64,000 nucleotides of DNA from Selaginella moellendorffii (GCF_000143415.4 NW_003314263.1:1-64000), one strand, 5' to 3'. Counted from the first letter of the stretch, positions 50,462-62,226 are shown. Translations and numbers: made by a program. Notes: generated by a model from the sequence alone, not told the origin.

Positions 50462-50983
50462 TGCTGCTGCTCTCGAGACGAAAAGGCTTGATCCAGATCT
50501 GGAGTGTTTGTCGCCAAAATTAGATTTTGATGCTTCCCTGTGCTCGCTACCGCTTCCACAAATCCCTGCTGGGTATATCTATCGCGGGGAATGGCCAATT
50601 CCACGCTCTCATCTCTATGGATCTCGTGTTGACTAGCGCTCGTTGCTACACCTGCGTCTTCCTGGCTAACCCAAAGACTTATTCTGCCCTGGAGTGTGTG
50701 AAGCCGGCCTCACACCCTGCCGGAAGCTTCCCGAGGGAAATTCCATTTGTTTGACTCCGCCAACCGTTGCGCCAGTTAATCTCGGCTCCACGTCGGCTCC
50801 ACGCTGGGTAACCGAGCTACCACGTTGGCGTTTTCTCTCGTCCAAGTCACCGCCTTCTCGAACTCTTTATTGCTTCAACGCTCCAAACGTCACCTCGCAC
50901 CGAACAAAAAACTTATTTGGTTTGCAAATTTGGATGGGTTTGAAAATTCAAAAGAACGTACCTCAGTCATCCTCCAGAAGCTT

Positions 50984-52152
50984 TCATCTTTTCAACAACT
51001 CGGTTGAACGCTTAGCCCATCGTTGTACTCTTTTGATGGTTGAATCCAGCTTGGCTAAGAACCTCTTGCGCTGCTGACTGGCTTCAATCTCATCTAGAAC
51101 ATCAAACTCCCGCTCGGCAGCAATCGCCTTGAAAATCGGGTCTCGGAGCTCAAAATATGGCCCTTGGGAAGCTTCGAAATCACGGTCATCCCCGACAACA
51201 TATAACCTCTCATCAGATGTATCCATTGGAATGTCAGCAGCCAGCAGCTTCACATGGTACTGCAGAAAATATCTCACATAAATCAGAAAAAGCGAAGAAA
51301 AAAAAAAAAAAAAAACCTTTGAAAAGCATACCTGTCCTCCCTCTTTGATGACCTCGCTGCTCACCATGCCTCGTCTCTCGTAGCCTTGGACTGGAAACAC
51401 AATAAAGCACCGCTTGCAGCTCAGCCTTGGCCTGAGGTCCTGGAGCTTTAAGTCACCCCCGGATGTAAAATAAGCACGAACTTTTCCACCAACAACTGGA
51501 TGGCCCATCACCTCCATAAATCCGGCAGAACTTTGCAGCTTGCGCATGACAATTCCATAAACCGTCTCGGGATTGATGGTGTGTCGCGTTCTCAGAGCTA
51601 GACCCTGCAGTAAAGAAGAGAAAAAGATCAAAAAAGGATACAAGAAGTAGAAATGTATATGCCTACCGCGCAAACGACTGACGAAGTCGTAAGAGCGAGC
51701 AATCCAAACTGAAAGGAGAATTTCGATAATCCCACCAGCAGCTCACTAATGTTGATAATCACCTTCCAGAGAACTATGGACATACCAGAGCCTAGAGCAG
51801 CAAGAAGAATCAGCCGGTTCCTCCTACAAAAGGCCTCCAAGCGAAGCGCCATGGCTTCCTTGTAACCCGAGTCCAAATTCTCAATGCGTCGAGCAACCGG
51901 CTGCAAGGTTCCAGCGATCGAATTCCAGGCGGTGTTGGACACATTCTCGGCAGCTCGCAGTGCCACCAGCGCCTTGGACACAGCAGCCTGCTTGAAATCC
52001 GCGACCTTCTTCTCCGCGATCCTGAAATTCCTCGCGGGATAGCTGCCGCGGAGGAGATCTTGAGCTGCCGAATGAAATGCGGGAGGCCGGATCGATGCTG
52101 CTGCTATCCTAGATGATCTACTTACGAGGCGCCCCCAGCCGCGGTGCGCCAT
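50984..52152 (-). CDS. Mitochondrial inner-membrane Tim21-like plant protein, 3 exons
   Basis: Arg-rich presequence, LEAFCRRNRL, TINPETVY..VMRKL...AG.MEVMG.P, FPVQG.ERRGMVS.EV.K..GQY..KLLA.D. Confidence 0.8.
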
Positions 52153-52309
52153 TCGGCCCCTCCACCCTAAAACAGAGGCTTTCGAAAAGGAGTTAAATGG
52201 TATATGCTCTGAATATTCTTTTAGGGCAAAGCATAGCATATTCGTTTCTCCATGCTTAAGCAGTGCCGACCTTAAAGAGAGGACGTCCATTTCTTCCCGG
52301 AGAGGCGAA

Positions 52310-54605
52310 ATGGCGGAAGCGATGCCGTCGAGGAGGCTGCTAAGGAAGGTCTGGCGCGTCGCCGCGGTGTTCTTCCGGGGAGATCGCAAGCGCAAGGCCT
52401 ACTGGCTGCTATCGATCGTGCTCCTCCTCTGCGCGATCTGTGCAGGTATGCCTCGCATTTCCTTCCGGCTAGCTCGATCTGATCCAGGATGCTGGAAAAT
52501 ATTTCGGCCGCCAGGGGTGATGGTGTCGATTTCCTACATCCAGCGGGATCTTTCCACGGCGGTGTCAAACAAAGACGTCGCTGGATTCCACAAGGCGCTC
52601 TGGAAATTCATCGGTGTTGTTGTGGTGGCCACTCCTCTTCTAGCGTTCTACAAGTATAGCCAGGTAGCCTACATTCTTTAGCTCCTCGTTTTTTTTTTTC
52701 TTTGCGAGTAACTCGTTGTTCTTTCAGGAGCTTCTAGCGGTCGAGTGGCGGGTCTGGCTTTCAAATTTGCTGCTGACAAGCTATTTCAGTTGAGAGCTTT
52801 GTGCTCTACCAAGGGTTTTGGTTTTAATTCTTTGCTCATGAACAGCGAATAGAGCCTACTTTGACCTCAAGATGGAAGGCAAAGTCGACAATCCGGATCA
52901 ACGAATTTGCGAAGATGTATCCAACTTTGTTCTCAATGCGGTCGATATCCTCGCAATTATTGCCAGCAAGTGTTTGAATGTCTGCGCGTTTACTGGAGTT
53001 TTATGGTATGTTCCTTTTGTTTGCTCGTTCTCGGAAGGACATCGTGTTTGCATTGCAGGTTTATTGCTCCAGAACTCGTGTATTTCTTGCTTGCGTATTC
53101 CATCGTTGGAACATATGTCACTGTTCGATTTTTTGGAGCGAAGATCATGCATCTAAAGTATCAGGTACTGTGCTATCTGTTTAGTTACAAGTAATTACAT
53201 AACAAACAACAGAACTTACAAAAAGAAGCTGATTTTCGTTACTCAATGGTTCGTGTACGAGAAAACGCTGAAAGTATCGCTTTTTACAGGGGTGAGGGTC
53301 ACGAAGTAGCTTCCGTGAAGGTAATACACATTTCATAAAGAAGGCCATAGCTAATTCGTGACTATGCAGGCATTTCTAGCTTCTCTTGTTGGAAACATGC
53401 GAGAACTTATAGTATGGGACAGACACCTATCGTTGTTCAGTAATGCTTATGAGTTCTCGATTTTTATTGTTCCTTACCTGATCATTGCTCCAAAGTTTTT
53501 CTCCGGCCAGGTTATTGTGTTTCTTTTCTGTGATTCGTTCTTGATTTGGCGTGCTATTCCAGGTGGAATTTGGAGTTATATCTCAAACTGCCATGGCCTT
53601 CCACAAGATCTTAACGTCCATGTCCTTTATTATTTTGAAGTTCGATCGCTTCAGGTGCGTTACTGGATCTTCGATTTCCACCAACTGAAACCTTCTCTTC
53701 AGTGGGCTCGCAGCACAAACAGAACGGTTGGACACCTTATTCATTGCACTGGGTATCCATGACCAGCTGTTTGGAAGCTACAGAAGACAATCGAGCAAGC
53801 GCGCCATACAGCTGCACGTCGAAGACGATACTGATGGTCATCCTTTGCTGAACTTGACGGACAGCCAAGCTCCAATTTCTGGTACGAGAAAATTTTTGGT
53901 CTAGCTCACCGAAACTATTATCTTTGCGTAGGTTCCATAACTCGTGAAGAAGGGGAAGGCCTTGTTGTTCGCGGTCTTTCAGTGACGACTCCAAATCTTC
54001 GCACCCAACTTATCCACAATCTATCATTCGAGCTACTTCCTGGGGAGTCATTACTGGTTTTGGGGCCTTCAGGCTGTGGAAAATCCTCGTTCCTCCGAGT
54101 GATAGCAGGCCTATGGAGCAAAGGCGCCGGTATCATCCAGGTGCCTCTACAGAAGACAATATTTCTGCCACAGAAGCCTTACATGCCTCTGGGAACTCTC
54201 CGACAACAGCTATTATTTCCGGCACTGTCATCAGAGTACTTTTCGGATGCAGAACTTTTCAAGGTGCTTGAGGAAGTGAGCCTGGAAGATCTAATACAAA
54301 GAGTCGGAGGCCTGGACTCAGTGTGTGACTGGTCAGACGTGCTCAGCTCTGGAGAGCAGCAAAGAGTGGCATTTGCACGGCTGCTTCTACACGAGCCTCA
54401 GATGGCATTTCTCGACGAGGCAACGAGCGCACTTGACATGACGAATGAATCGAAGCTTTACGCACTGCTCCAACGCAAGATCAAATCGTATGTTTCGGTG
54501 GGGCACAGGATTTCATTAATTAAGTATCACTCCAGAGTTTTGGAGTTCAAAGGCAGCTCCGGCTGGAAGTTATACACTCAAAAAGAATTCCAAGTACACA
54601 TATAG
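52310..54605 (+). CDS. ABC transporter family D half-transporter (ABCD2/ABCD4-like), multi-exon
   Basis: DNPDQRICED, EADFRYSMVRVRENAESIAFY (EAA motif), Walker A GPSGCGKS, LSSGEQQR, FLDEATSALD, SVGHR. Confidence 0.95.
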
Positions 54606-54749
54606 GTACGTTTTGCCAGTTTTATATTTTCCTTCTGATCGAGATGGGTCCTTCGTTGATCAGGGAAAACAATCAACACGAACAGTCTCTAAGAACATAT
54701 GCTCATCAAGTCAAGGTTTTTAGTAGTGTAGTTAGAGCTTTGGCAACTT

Positions 54750-55657
54750 CTAAAACGTAGTTGTGACGTCTTTTCCAGGAACGCAAGTGTTCGGGGGAGT
54801 CATCTGCAGCTGCGAGCTATACTTGAAAATCGTATCCTTGATTTTCGACACAGATGCAAGATCCTGGTTCAGAGCTGCTGCTAATGCTCGCGCGGGGACA
54901 TTAAACAGCGCTCCTCCACTCGTCTGGTAAAGTTTTTCGATCGATTAGTTCTTTTGTTTAAAATGCTTATTAGAGTGCTTACCAGTGTTCCAGGATTCTG
55001 TGAGTTCAAAGCCGAGATGTAAAACGCTTGTTCTGTTCCGACATTGACCTCGAAGTGGAGCATTCCTCGAGGGAAGATCGTAACATCTCCAGGATGCAAC
55101 ACGTTGATATGAGGTTTCCCTGCAGTCGAAAAAACTCCGTTCGATCACTCGAATCGCCCCTCAACAACGTCTTACCTTCAGTGTCTACAAAACCAACTTG
55201 GAGCGGCCCTCCAGACACCATGGTAAGCATCTCAGTTGCTCGCGGATGCGTATGAGGCAAATTAACACCGCAGGGAGTCATGTTGAAGTGGACATAAGTG
55301 AGTCCCTGGGAGCTGCAAGGAGTTTAGGAGGTAAGCACACGATTGATCTCATCTAAGATCAAACTAAAAGGCTGCTTTTTCTTACTCCATAGCCGGGAAG
55401 ATCTTGGTCGAGAGCCCTGCTCGAACTCCGCCGGGTCCATTGGAGACGTCGCCATTTTTAAAGACATCACGAACCACGAACTTGGACGAGTCCGGCGATT
55501 GCTGCTGCTGCGGCTTGGGGTAGTGATACGGGAAGTTATTCTCTGCGGTGGACGACGCAAAATCGGTGAGTGGATCCGGATCGGCAGCTCCCGCAAAGCT
55601 CGCGAGAGTGACGAGAAGAATCATCATCGACATGACGAAGGCTCTTACTTCAGCCAT
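54750..55657 (-). CDS. Germin-like/spherulin-like cupin, secreted, 4 exons
   Basis: Signal peptide, ADPDPLTDF, PHTHPRATE, FPRGMLHF, LNSQNPG; spliced end ...TCVPGKDVTTTF*. Confidence 0.92.
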
Positions 55658-56017
55658 GGAGAGAGGGAGGGAGTGATGGAAGCAAAGAAGGAATTTAACT
55701 TGAGTCATGGAGCTAAGACAATGGTGGAGTATATAAATGATTTTTGTGGATGAGAGGATCAATCGTTTTCTCAGTCCAGCCCAGACACCACTCTAGTGTT
55801 TGTTTGATGCGAAAAATCCAATTATGCTTATAATGTGCACTTGTCTACCAAAGGTTGAGTGGGTAACGAAAATTTCCAACGCACTATAGATTTTGCGCGT
55901 GGGGTCATTGGTCGATGCTAGCTTGACCACCGTTGAATAAGTCAACACATTCTTGTGACGTCATCGAATTGATGTCGATGACTAGCGCGTTTGACTAATC
56001 GGAGCTTTTGAGTCAAC

Positions 56018-57633
56018 TTAATTGACTAGCTCGAGAAGACCCGACACACCGCGTCCGTGTGAGAGTTCCACGGCGCAGTCTGCGATCACCTGTGGATAAA
56101 AACAGTGTAGAAATCACGGGAAGACAAAGATTTTGGTTTTTTACCTGGGCCATCTTTGCGTACGAGAGTTGTGTCACTCCAGCGACGTGGGGAGTGAGAA
56201 TGACCTTGGGGTGCTGCAAAATCGGGTCTTGAGGATCGTATGGCTCGTGCCAAGCAACGTCCAAACCCAGTCCTCCCAGATGCCCCGTCTCAAGGCCATC
56301 TCTCACGGATTTGTAGTCCAAAAGCCCACCTCTGGCAACATTGACAACAAGCGCTCCCTGTTTTAGTTTGCAAGATTAGACTGGAAGAATCGCAAACGCG
56401 ACGCGATACCTTCTTCATGGAGTTTACGAACTTTTCGTTCACCATTCCAGCCTACAGACAGTAGCACTTGTCAGGAATTCCACGACGAAAGGAGATATGG
56501 CTTTTACTTACCGTTTCAGGAGTAAGGAGGCAGCACAGAACGATGATATCAGCTCGGCTTGCAAAGTCGTATAAAGAGTCCCCGCTGCCCTTTTCATCCA
56601 CCAGCAAATCTTCGTTCTCCTTGAGGTACTGAAACAACTGGTGAGATTTACGAGTTATCAGGCCATCTGCTAGAAGAGGATTGTCTGGAAACTACGACAT
56701 CAGAGATAACCAAATAAAAAACGAAAAAAGATCATAAGAAGAGTTTCAAGAGCCTTGCCTTCCGGATGAAGAGAACTATTCTTCTTGGACCACGAACGTT
56801 TAGTCGCAAGAACTCTGACTCCAAAAGCTCTCAAGCGGATCGCGAGCTCCTTGCCAATATTTCCATAGCCAACAATAAAAACCTGGAGAAAGCAAACTCT
56901 AAAAGCTTGAATCGATGCGAGAAATCCAGCGCTTACCGTTTTTCCAAACAAAGTATCACCCGTAGGAAATCCCAGGCATTTCTCGCTCACAGACTTGTCC
57001 ATCCCTTTCTGAAAGGCAAATCCAAAAGTTTTAGAACATAAGAAAACTCTCGCAAGCACCTGGTCACGAAGAAGAGCCAGCATCAAATAAATGGCGTGCT
57101 CAGCACACGAAAGAGCGTTTCCAGTGGCATCACTGGCAATTCTTCCTACTTTGATCCCAGCTTTAGTCGCAGCTTCAACGTCCACACCTGTCAAGAATCG
57201 TGAGTTCCAGTCAAGAACAATGCTGGACTACCTTCCAGGCCAACACCAAACTGGCAGATAAGCTGCATTCTCTTGGCGAGAGAGATCAAGCTCGAGTCCA
57301 CTTTCACCATTCTCGCCACGCACATGTCGTATTCGTGGAAAACCTTTGGAATTTCTTGGCAAGGAACAGCGTCGACCTGGGCAAACAAGAACATAGTAAC
57401 GACACTCGCAAGAACAAGCACAAGAAATCCTCGCTCACCTCGATCTGGCTGTGCGGCTCCAAATACCTCTTCGTCCACCGGAATCCATCAGGGAACACCG
57501 ATTCGGGGCCGCAGAAAAGGACTCGCACAGGCTGCACTGGCGATTTCACTTCAACAGGCGTCGCGGCCGCCATGCCCCTCGCTTGGCACCTCAATCTCCG
57601 CAGCTGCCGCGATCTACACAAGCCACGAATCAT
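56018..57633 (-). CDS. D-isomer-specific 2-hydroxyacid dehydrogenase family protein, multi-exon, probable organelle presequence
   Basis: QFGVGLEGVD, GNALSCAEHA, VGYGNIG Rossmann motif, VNVARGGLLD, DVAWHEP, ILTPHVAG. Confidence 0.93.
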
Positions 57634-57968
57634 GGAATCGCGGCGCCGGAGGGCGATTGCGACCGCGCTCTGGAAGAACCCTAGTCTTTCCATTCTTAAA
57701 CCCTTAACTAAAGGATTCCTTGAATATTCAAAAAATCTTAGTTTTTTTTACTTAAACCCTTTAACTAAACGAAATACTCGACAAAACTCCTTTTCCTCTT
57801 TTCTTCAAGAATAGTGCTGTTTGAATAAACTTTAATCAGCCAATATGCCAAGTGCACTCATCTGTGCCAAGTTCTATCTTGAGACACTTGTGATCAACCA
57901 AGGACGATCGTATAAACAGGAGATAATTTATCACATTGGAAGCAGCACTAGCACTACTAGCAAGAAAC

Positions 57969-58976
57969 ATGAGAAACATGGTGCTCCTCGTTGCAGCTTC
58001 AATTCTAATTTTGCTCATGAGCTTTGATCTCTGCCATGGACAGCCCCCGGCTAATCGCCAGTTTGGTGGAATCTTCAGGTGGCGGCTTGGTTTTGCACAG
58101 CTTGCCGTGGAGCACGTCGAAGACCTCATGAATCGCCTCGAGGCCTTCGTGGGAAGGAGGTTTAGAGGCAATTTTGGTTACTTTGCAGGAAGGAGCGTGG
58201 GATTCGTGGTGGAGTACGCAAACGATGCCTATGTCCGCGTGAGAGTGTGGCTCTACAGCCTAGCTTTCACTGAGAACTCAGACGTTTGCTCCATTGCGCC
58301 AAGTCGCGCGAGCCTCCCAGGGGGCGACCTCCTAGACAGCGTTGGGCGGATGATTGCAACCATCCGAGCGGAGCTGCTAGACGTGGGTCGCACGCAACGC
58401 TGGTTTGGCGAAGTCAACATAGTGCTCGGCTACTTTGGGATTGAGTATCAGTTCCAGGAAACCCCATTCAACAGCAATCCTGACGATAGGCCTGAAGGAG
58501 GTGGTGGATCAAGCGGTGAACTACTTGGGTTTGACCGCACTAACTTCCTTGTTCACCCAGTCAGCACGGTCGTTGGTTTGGGCGTTGACCCTGACGCCGG
58601 GAATTGCTGGGTCTTTGCTACGTCTCTAGTTGGCGGGAGTCACCCCCAGGGATCGACGCTGCCCGAGGGGAACAGCTTGGTCTCACCGAGCAGGGAGTTT
58701 AGGCTGTCTATGGAGGCCGGGTGTGATCTGGTGGTAAGACGTATCCACAGCGGGGAGATTGTCCGGAGGATTGTTCGTGGGAGGGATCAAGTGTGCGTCT
58801 TGTCTCTCTGGAAGAATGGGGTGCTCGTGGTCTCTGAATCGCGGGTGGTCATCTTGAAGACGAAAACAAACTATGGGTCCAAGCATTCGTATGGTCTGGC
58901 AATGGAGAACGATGGTCATGCCAGGCTTTATATGACAAACTTGGCAAAACAAATTTGGTCAACCGAGCACATATAG
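57969..58976 (+). CDS. Secreted protein: unknown N-terminal domain plus C-terminal bulb-type (GNA-like) lectin domain, intronless
   Basis: Signal peptide ending CHG; TLPEGNSLVS...FRLSMEAGCDLVV...LAMENDGHARLY...IWST pattern. Confidence 0.75.
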   Translation: MRNMVLLVAASILILLMSFDLCHGQPPANRQFGGIFRWRLGFAQLAVEHVEDLMNRLEAFVGRRFRGNFGYFAGRSVGFVVEYANDAYVRVRVWLYSLAFTENSDVCSIAPSRASLPGGDLLDSVGRMIATIRAELLDVGRTQRWFGEVNIVLGYFGIEYQFQETPFNSNPDDRPEGGGGSSGELLGFDRTNFLVHPVSTVVGLGVDPDAGNCWVFATSLVGGSHPQGSTLPEGNSLVSPSREFRLSMEAGCDLVVRRIHSGEIVRRIVRGRDQVCVLSLWKNGVLVVSESRVVILKTKTNYGSKHSYGLAMENDGHARLYMTNLAKQIWSTEHI

Positions 58977-60347
58977 AATAGAAGTGTATGTTCCAAAGTA
59001 ATACAGTTATGCTAACTTAAAAACGTCCCAGCTCCCGTGACAAGTTTCGAGGAGAAAGAAAAGGAGGCGATCGCTCGCAGTCAATTCCACTGCATGAGAC
59101 TGCAAAAGTCCTCTAGACTTGGCTCTTTGAATTCTAACTCTCCTAACTTTCTTGGCTGCATTTTAACCCCTCGATTCTCCAAAGCTCGCCTACAACCACC
59201 ACAAAAAACTCGGACTTGGCCGTGAGCAAATGTGAGAAAGCCAGTGCGTCCTTGTTTCAGCGGAATGCCTTGGCACGACCGCACCAATGCTTGGCTGGGA
59301 GTATCACCATGCATTCTGGAGGCAACGATTCGTCCTCAACTCCTTACGATTCTAATATCTAGAAACAGCACTTGGCGGAAAAGCATAGAACTCATAAACC
59401 CTTCCCGACAAAGTTGTGCTTCCTAAATGCCTTTCTTTGTCCTTGTTCAATGCTCAGGGAAAATGAGCAGCACTGAAATCATTGTCTGGAAACTAGCGAC
59501 ATCAGAGACAAGCATAAAAAAACAAAAGAAATAGTAAGAATAGTTCGGACAATCCAAATCAAAAGTTCCAGTCAGAATGTTATACTGGAAAACATTAGAG
59601 AACACCAAATTGGCATACAAGCCGCATTCTTTCATAAGCTGGCGATTTCACAGGCGTCGCTCCTCAATCTCCGCAGAGGACCATCAGAAAAAGTGAGTGA
59701 GGTGGGCAATTGCGGACATTTGTGCTGTCTAGCCAATGCAAATCATGCTCGCCACCATCTTGCCTTGTTGCATTACTAGCACTTGAGGTATACGGCACAA
59801 ACTCGTGGATTGCAAACCTCGTTACCGCCTAGGGGCGCGTTGGCGCCCCAGGGAACGATGGAGGCAAGCAAGTAGACCGCCAACAGCCTGCCCACGACGT
59901 TGGACTTCGAGTGCACTTGCAAGAAGAGGGAGCTGGAGTAGCGGCTAGATCAAAGGATCTCGCAGAGACTTGTCCGAGGTCAACTTCGAGTTCCGATTCA
60001 AGGGAGGGATCAATCCAGCCTGGATGGTGGTGAAGCTGGAGAGTATGTTGGCGACGAAGCTCCAAGGATGAAAGGCAGTGCGTGAGTGAGAGGTGATCAT
60101 GGAGGCAATGCACAGGTTCACGGCTGGCAACGATATCAATGTGATTAGCCTTGAAAGTTTGACAGACTACACACGGGACAAAGAAGGATGATAAAGATGG
60201 AGTGGGAGGTAAAGTTTGGGAGACAGGACGAGGCTTGCATTGCCAAGGCCATCAACAAGAGAGGTATGGAACTCATTGCTCGTCTTGGTCACTTACACTT
60301 GGTTTTCTTGGAGTTGTTTTGTTTCTTTTTCTTCTAACTTCTTCAAC

Positions 60348-60647
60348 TCGTAACGAACCTACAGTTAGGCGTGTAGTTGACCGTTGTTGAACATTCATGT
60401 CATGTCATCGAATTAGTTTCGCTGAATCGACTGCCTGGAACAACAGAACAATTTTTCCTGGCCCACGGACATTCAGTCGCAAGAACTAACCAGCCAACGA
60501 TTAAAACCTGGAGAGAAAAAGAAAGCTCTAAAACTTGAATCGATGCGCCTTACCATTTTTCCAAACAAAATATCACCTCCAAAAGTTTCACAAATCACGC
60601 AAGCACCCGGTCACGAAGTGGATCATCCAATTTCTACTTTCCCATCC
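60348..60647 (-). pseudogene. Shattered copy of the 3' half of the dehydrogenase gene
   Basis: Blocks match 55860-57160 (gtcatcgaatt, agtcgcaagaact, aaaacctggaga, cttgaatcgatgcg, tttccaaacaaa, cgcaagcacc.ggtcacgaag), including intron sequence. Confidence 0.8.
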
Positions 60648-60829
60648 CTGAGGATAAAGAACCCTACTTTCTCCCCAAACATATATACTTGGCGCGCATT
60701 GATCGCTGGCCGTCGATATGATGATGTAATCGCCACCGTTGGAGCGCTTGGCTAATCGCAACAAGCTGGAATCTCCACCGTTGGCTCCCCTATGAATAGA
60801 AAAGGTTCGAGCCTAGGGTTTCAGGTATA

Positions 60830-61720
60830 ATGGCGACGATCAAGAGCATCGAGAAGTGCGTTGCGAGGTACGAATCCCTGCCCGACAAAAAGAAGAGCGG
60901 CGCGCTCAAGCAGGGCACAGCAATGGTGAAAGAATTCGTGTTCCAAGTGGCAAACATCGAGGGCGAAGGGCTCGACACACTGGAAGAGGTCAGCGATGCC
61001 ATTGACCAGTACAACCACTCAAAGTCTTTTGCGCTCGATGGCTTTGGCGGCGACAGGAAGCCAAAGCTCGTGTCAACGCTCAACCTGTACAGGTGCCTGT
61101 GCCGGGTCAACGCCCAGGCCAAGGCCGACAAGGTTCCACGCTTAGATTCCGGGAAGATTCTCCGGATCCACAAGATGCTCGGGGAGAACACCAAGGACGA
61201 GGTTGATGCGGGCGAGTTTAGGAGGGGCGAGGCGTGGACATTGACAACAGAGAGGCGGAAGCATGTCTACATGGATCCCAAGAAGATCCCGGCGGCTTTG
61301 GAGCAGCTCCTGTCAGCCACCAACAAATCCCTCGAGGAGGCATTTGCAGCAGATCCCAAGCTCAGGGTTGCAAAGCTGTTGAGCATTGGCGCCAGCTTCT
61401 TTTACAAGTTTGAGTGCATTCATCCGTTTAGGGATGGGAATGGACGCGTGGGGAGGCTTATGGTGCTCTACTTGCTTACCTCCATAGTTCCTTGGGGCGC
61501 AAACAATCTCTATGCGCCCCGGGGTGGGGACGAGGCTTGCAATCCCCGGGCTCCTCCCAAGTTTGTGGACAAGGCCATGTATCTTAAGTGCTTCCAGGTG
61601 ATGCAACAAGGAGGCAAGAACAGAGGCGAGCAGCAGCAGCATCCGGTGGAGTTGGAGGCACTTTTGGCCGAAGGGATTCATGTTGGCTGGACAAAGTTTG
61701 CAGCCAAAGCAAATGTATAG
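60830..61720 (+). CDS. Fic/Fido-domain protein, putative adenylyltransferase, intronless, 296 aa
   Basis: Canonical HPFRDGNGRVGR (61421-61456), ILRIHKML, AGEFR flap, N-terminal VANIEG inhibitory-helix-like motif; TATA-like at about 60681. Confidence 0.95.
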   Translation: MATIKSIEKCVARYESLPDKKKSGALKQGTAMVKEFVFQVANIEGEGLDTLEEVSDAIDQYNHSKSFALDGFGGDRKPKLVSTLNLYRCLCRVNAQAKADKVPRLDSGKILRIHKMLGENTKDEVDAGEFRRGEAWTLTTERRKHVYMDPKKIPAALEQLLSATNKSLEEAFAADPKLRVAKLLSIGASFFYKFECIHPFRDGNGRVGRLMVLYLLTSIVPWGANNLYAPRGGDEACNPRAPPKFVDKAMYLKCFQVMQQGGKNRGEQQQHPVELEALLAEGIHVGWTKFAAKANV

Positions 61721-61881
61721 TGTTAAAGTAGTAAAAGTATATATGTGTTAATGAATATAGAACTGGCTTTCAACCTTGCATTGCTCTTAAAAGAAAGAAT
61801 ATGCCTCTGTTTACGTTAAGAATAACCACAAGAATATGCCCTTTAATCGATTTAAACTTTTGGCACGAAGATTGTAAGGGG

Positions 61882-62226
61882 TAGGGTTCTATCCGCATGG
61901 TGTAGATCGCAGCAGCTGATTGAGGTGCCACGCGAGGGGCATGCAAAATCGCCCGTGCGAGCCTTCCTGATGGATTCCGGTGGACGAAGAAGTTTTTGTT
62001 CTTGCAAGTTGTTTGTCTGCCCAAGTGCATGTCGTTACTTTGTTCTTGTCAGTTGCCCAGGTCAACACTGTTCTTTGCGAAGAAATTCCAAGGTTTCCCA
62101 GGAATACGATATGTGCGTGGCAAGAATGATGAAACTAGAAGAATGCAGCTAATCTTCCAATTTGGTGTTGTATTCTTGACTGGAATATTCATTTTGGACT
62201 ATCGATTCCTTGAACAGGTGATGGAA
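61882..62226 (+). pseudogene. Shattered, inverted copy of the 5' half of the dehydrogenase gene
   Basis: Reverse complement of blocks in 57180-57684; translates EYDMCVARM, RMQLIFQFGV. Confidence 0.88.

Noticed and set aside
59000-60300. Coding-like degenerate sequence between the lectin and Fic genes; considered as a Fic antitoxin or partner
   Set aside because: Frequent stops in all frames and no (S/T)xxxE(G/N) small ORF found; identity unknown
60830-61720. Fic gene as simple bacterial contamination
   Set aside because: Contiguous, with no gap, with fragments of the adjacent intron-containing plant gene on both sides; read-level confirmation still advised
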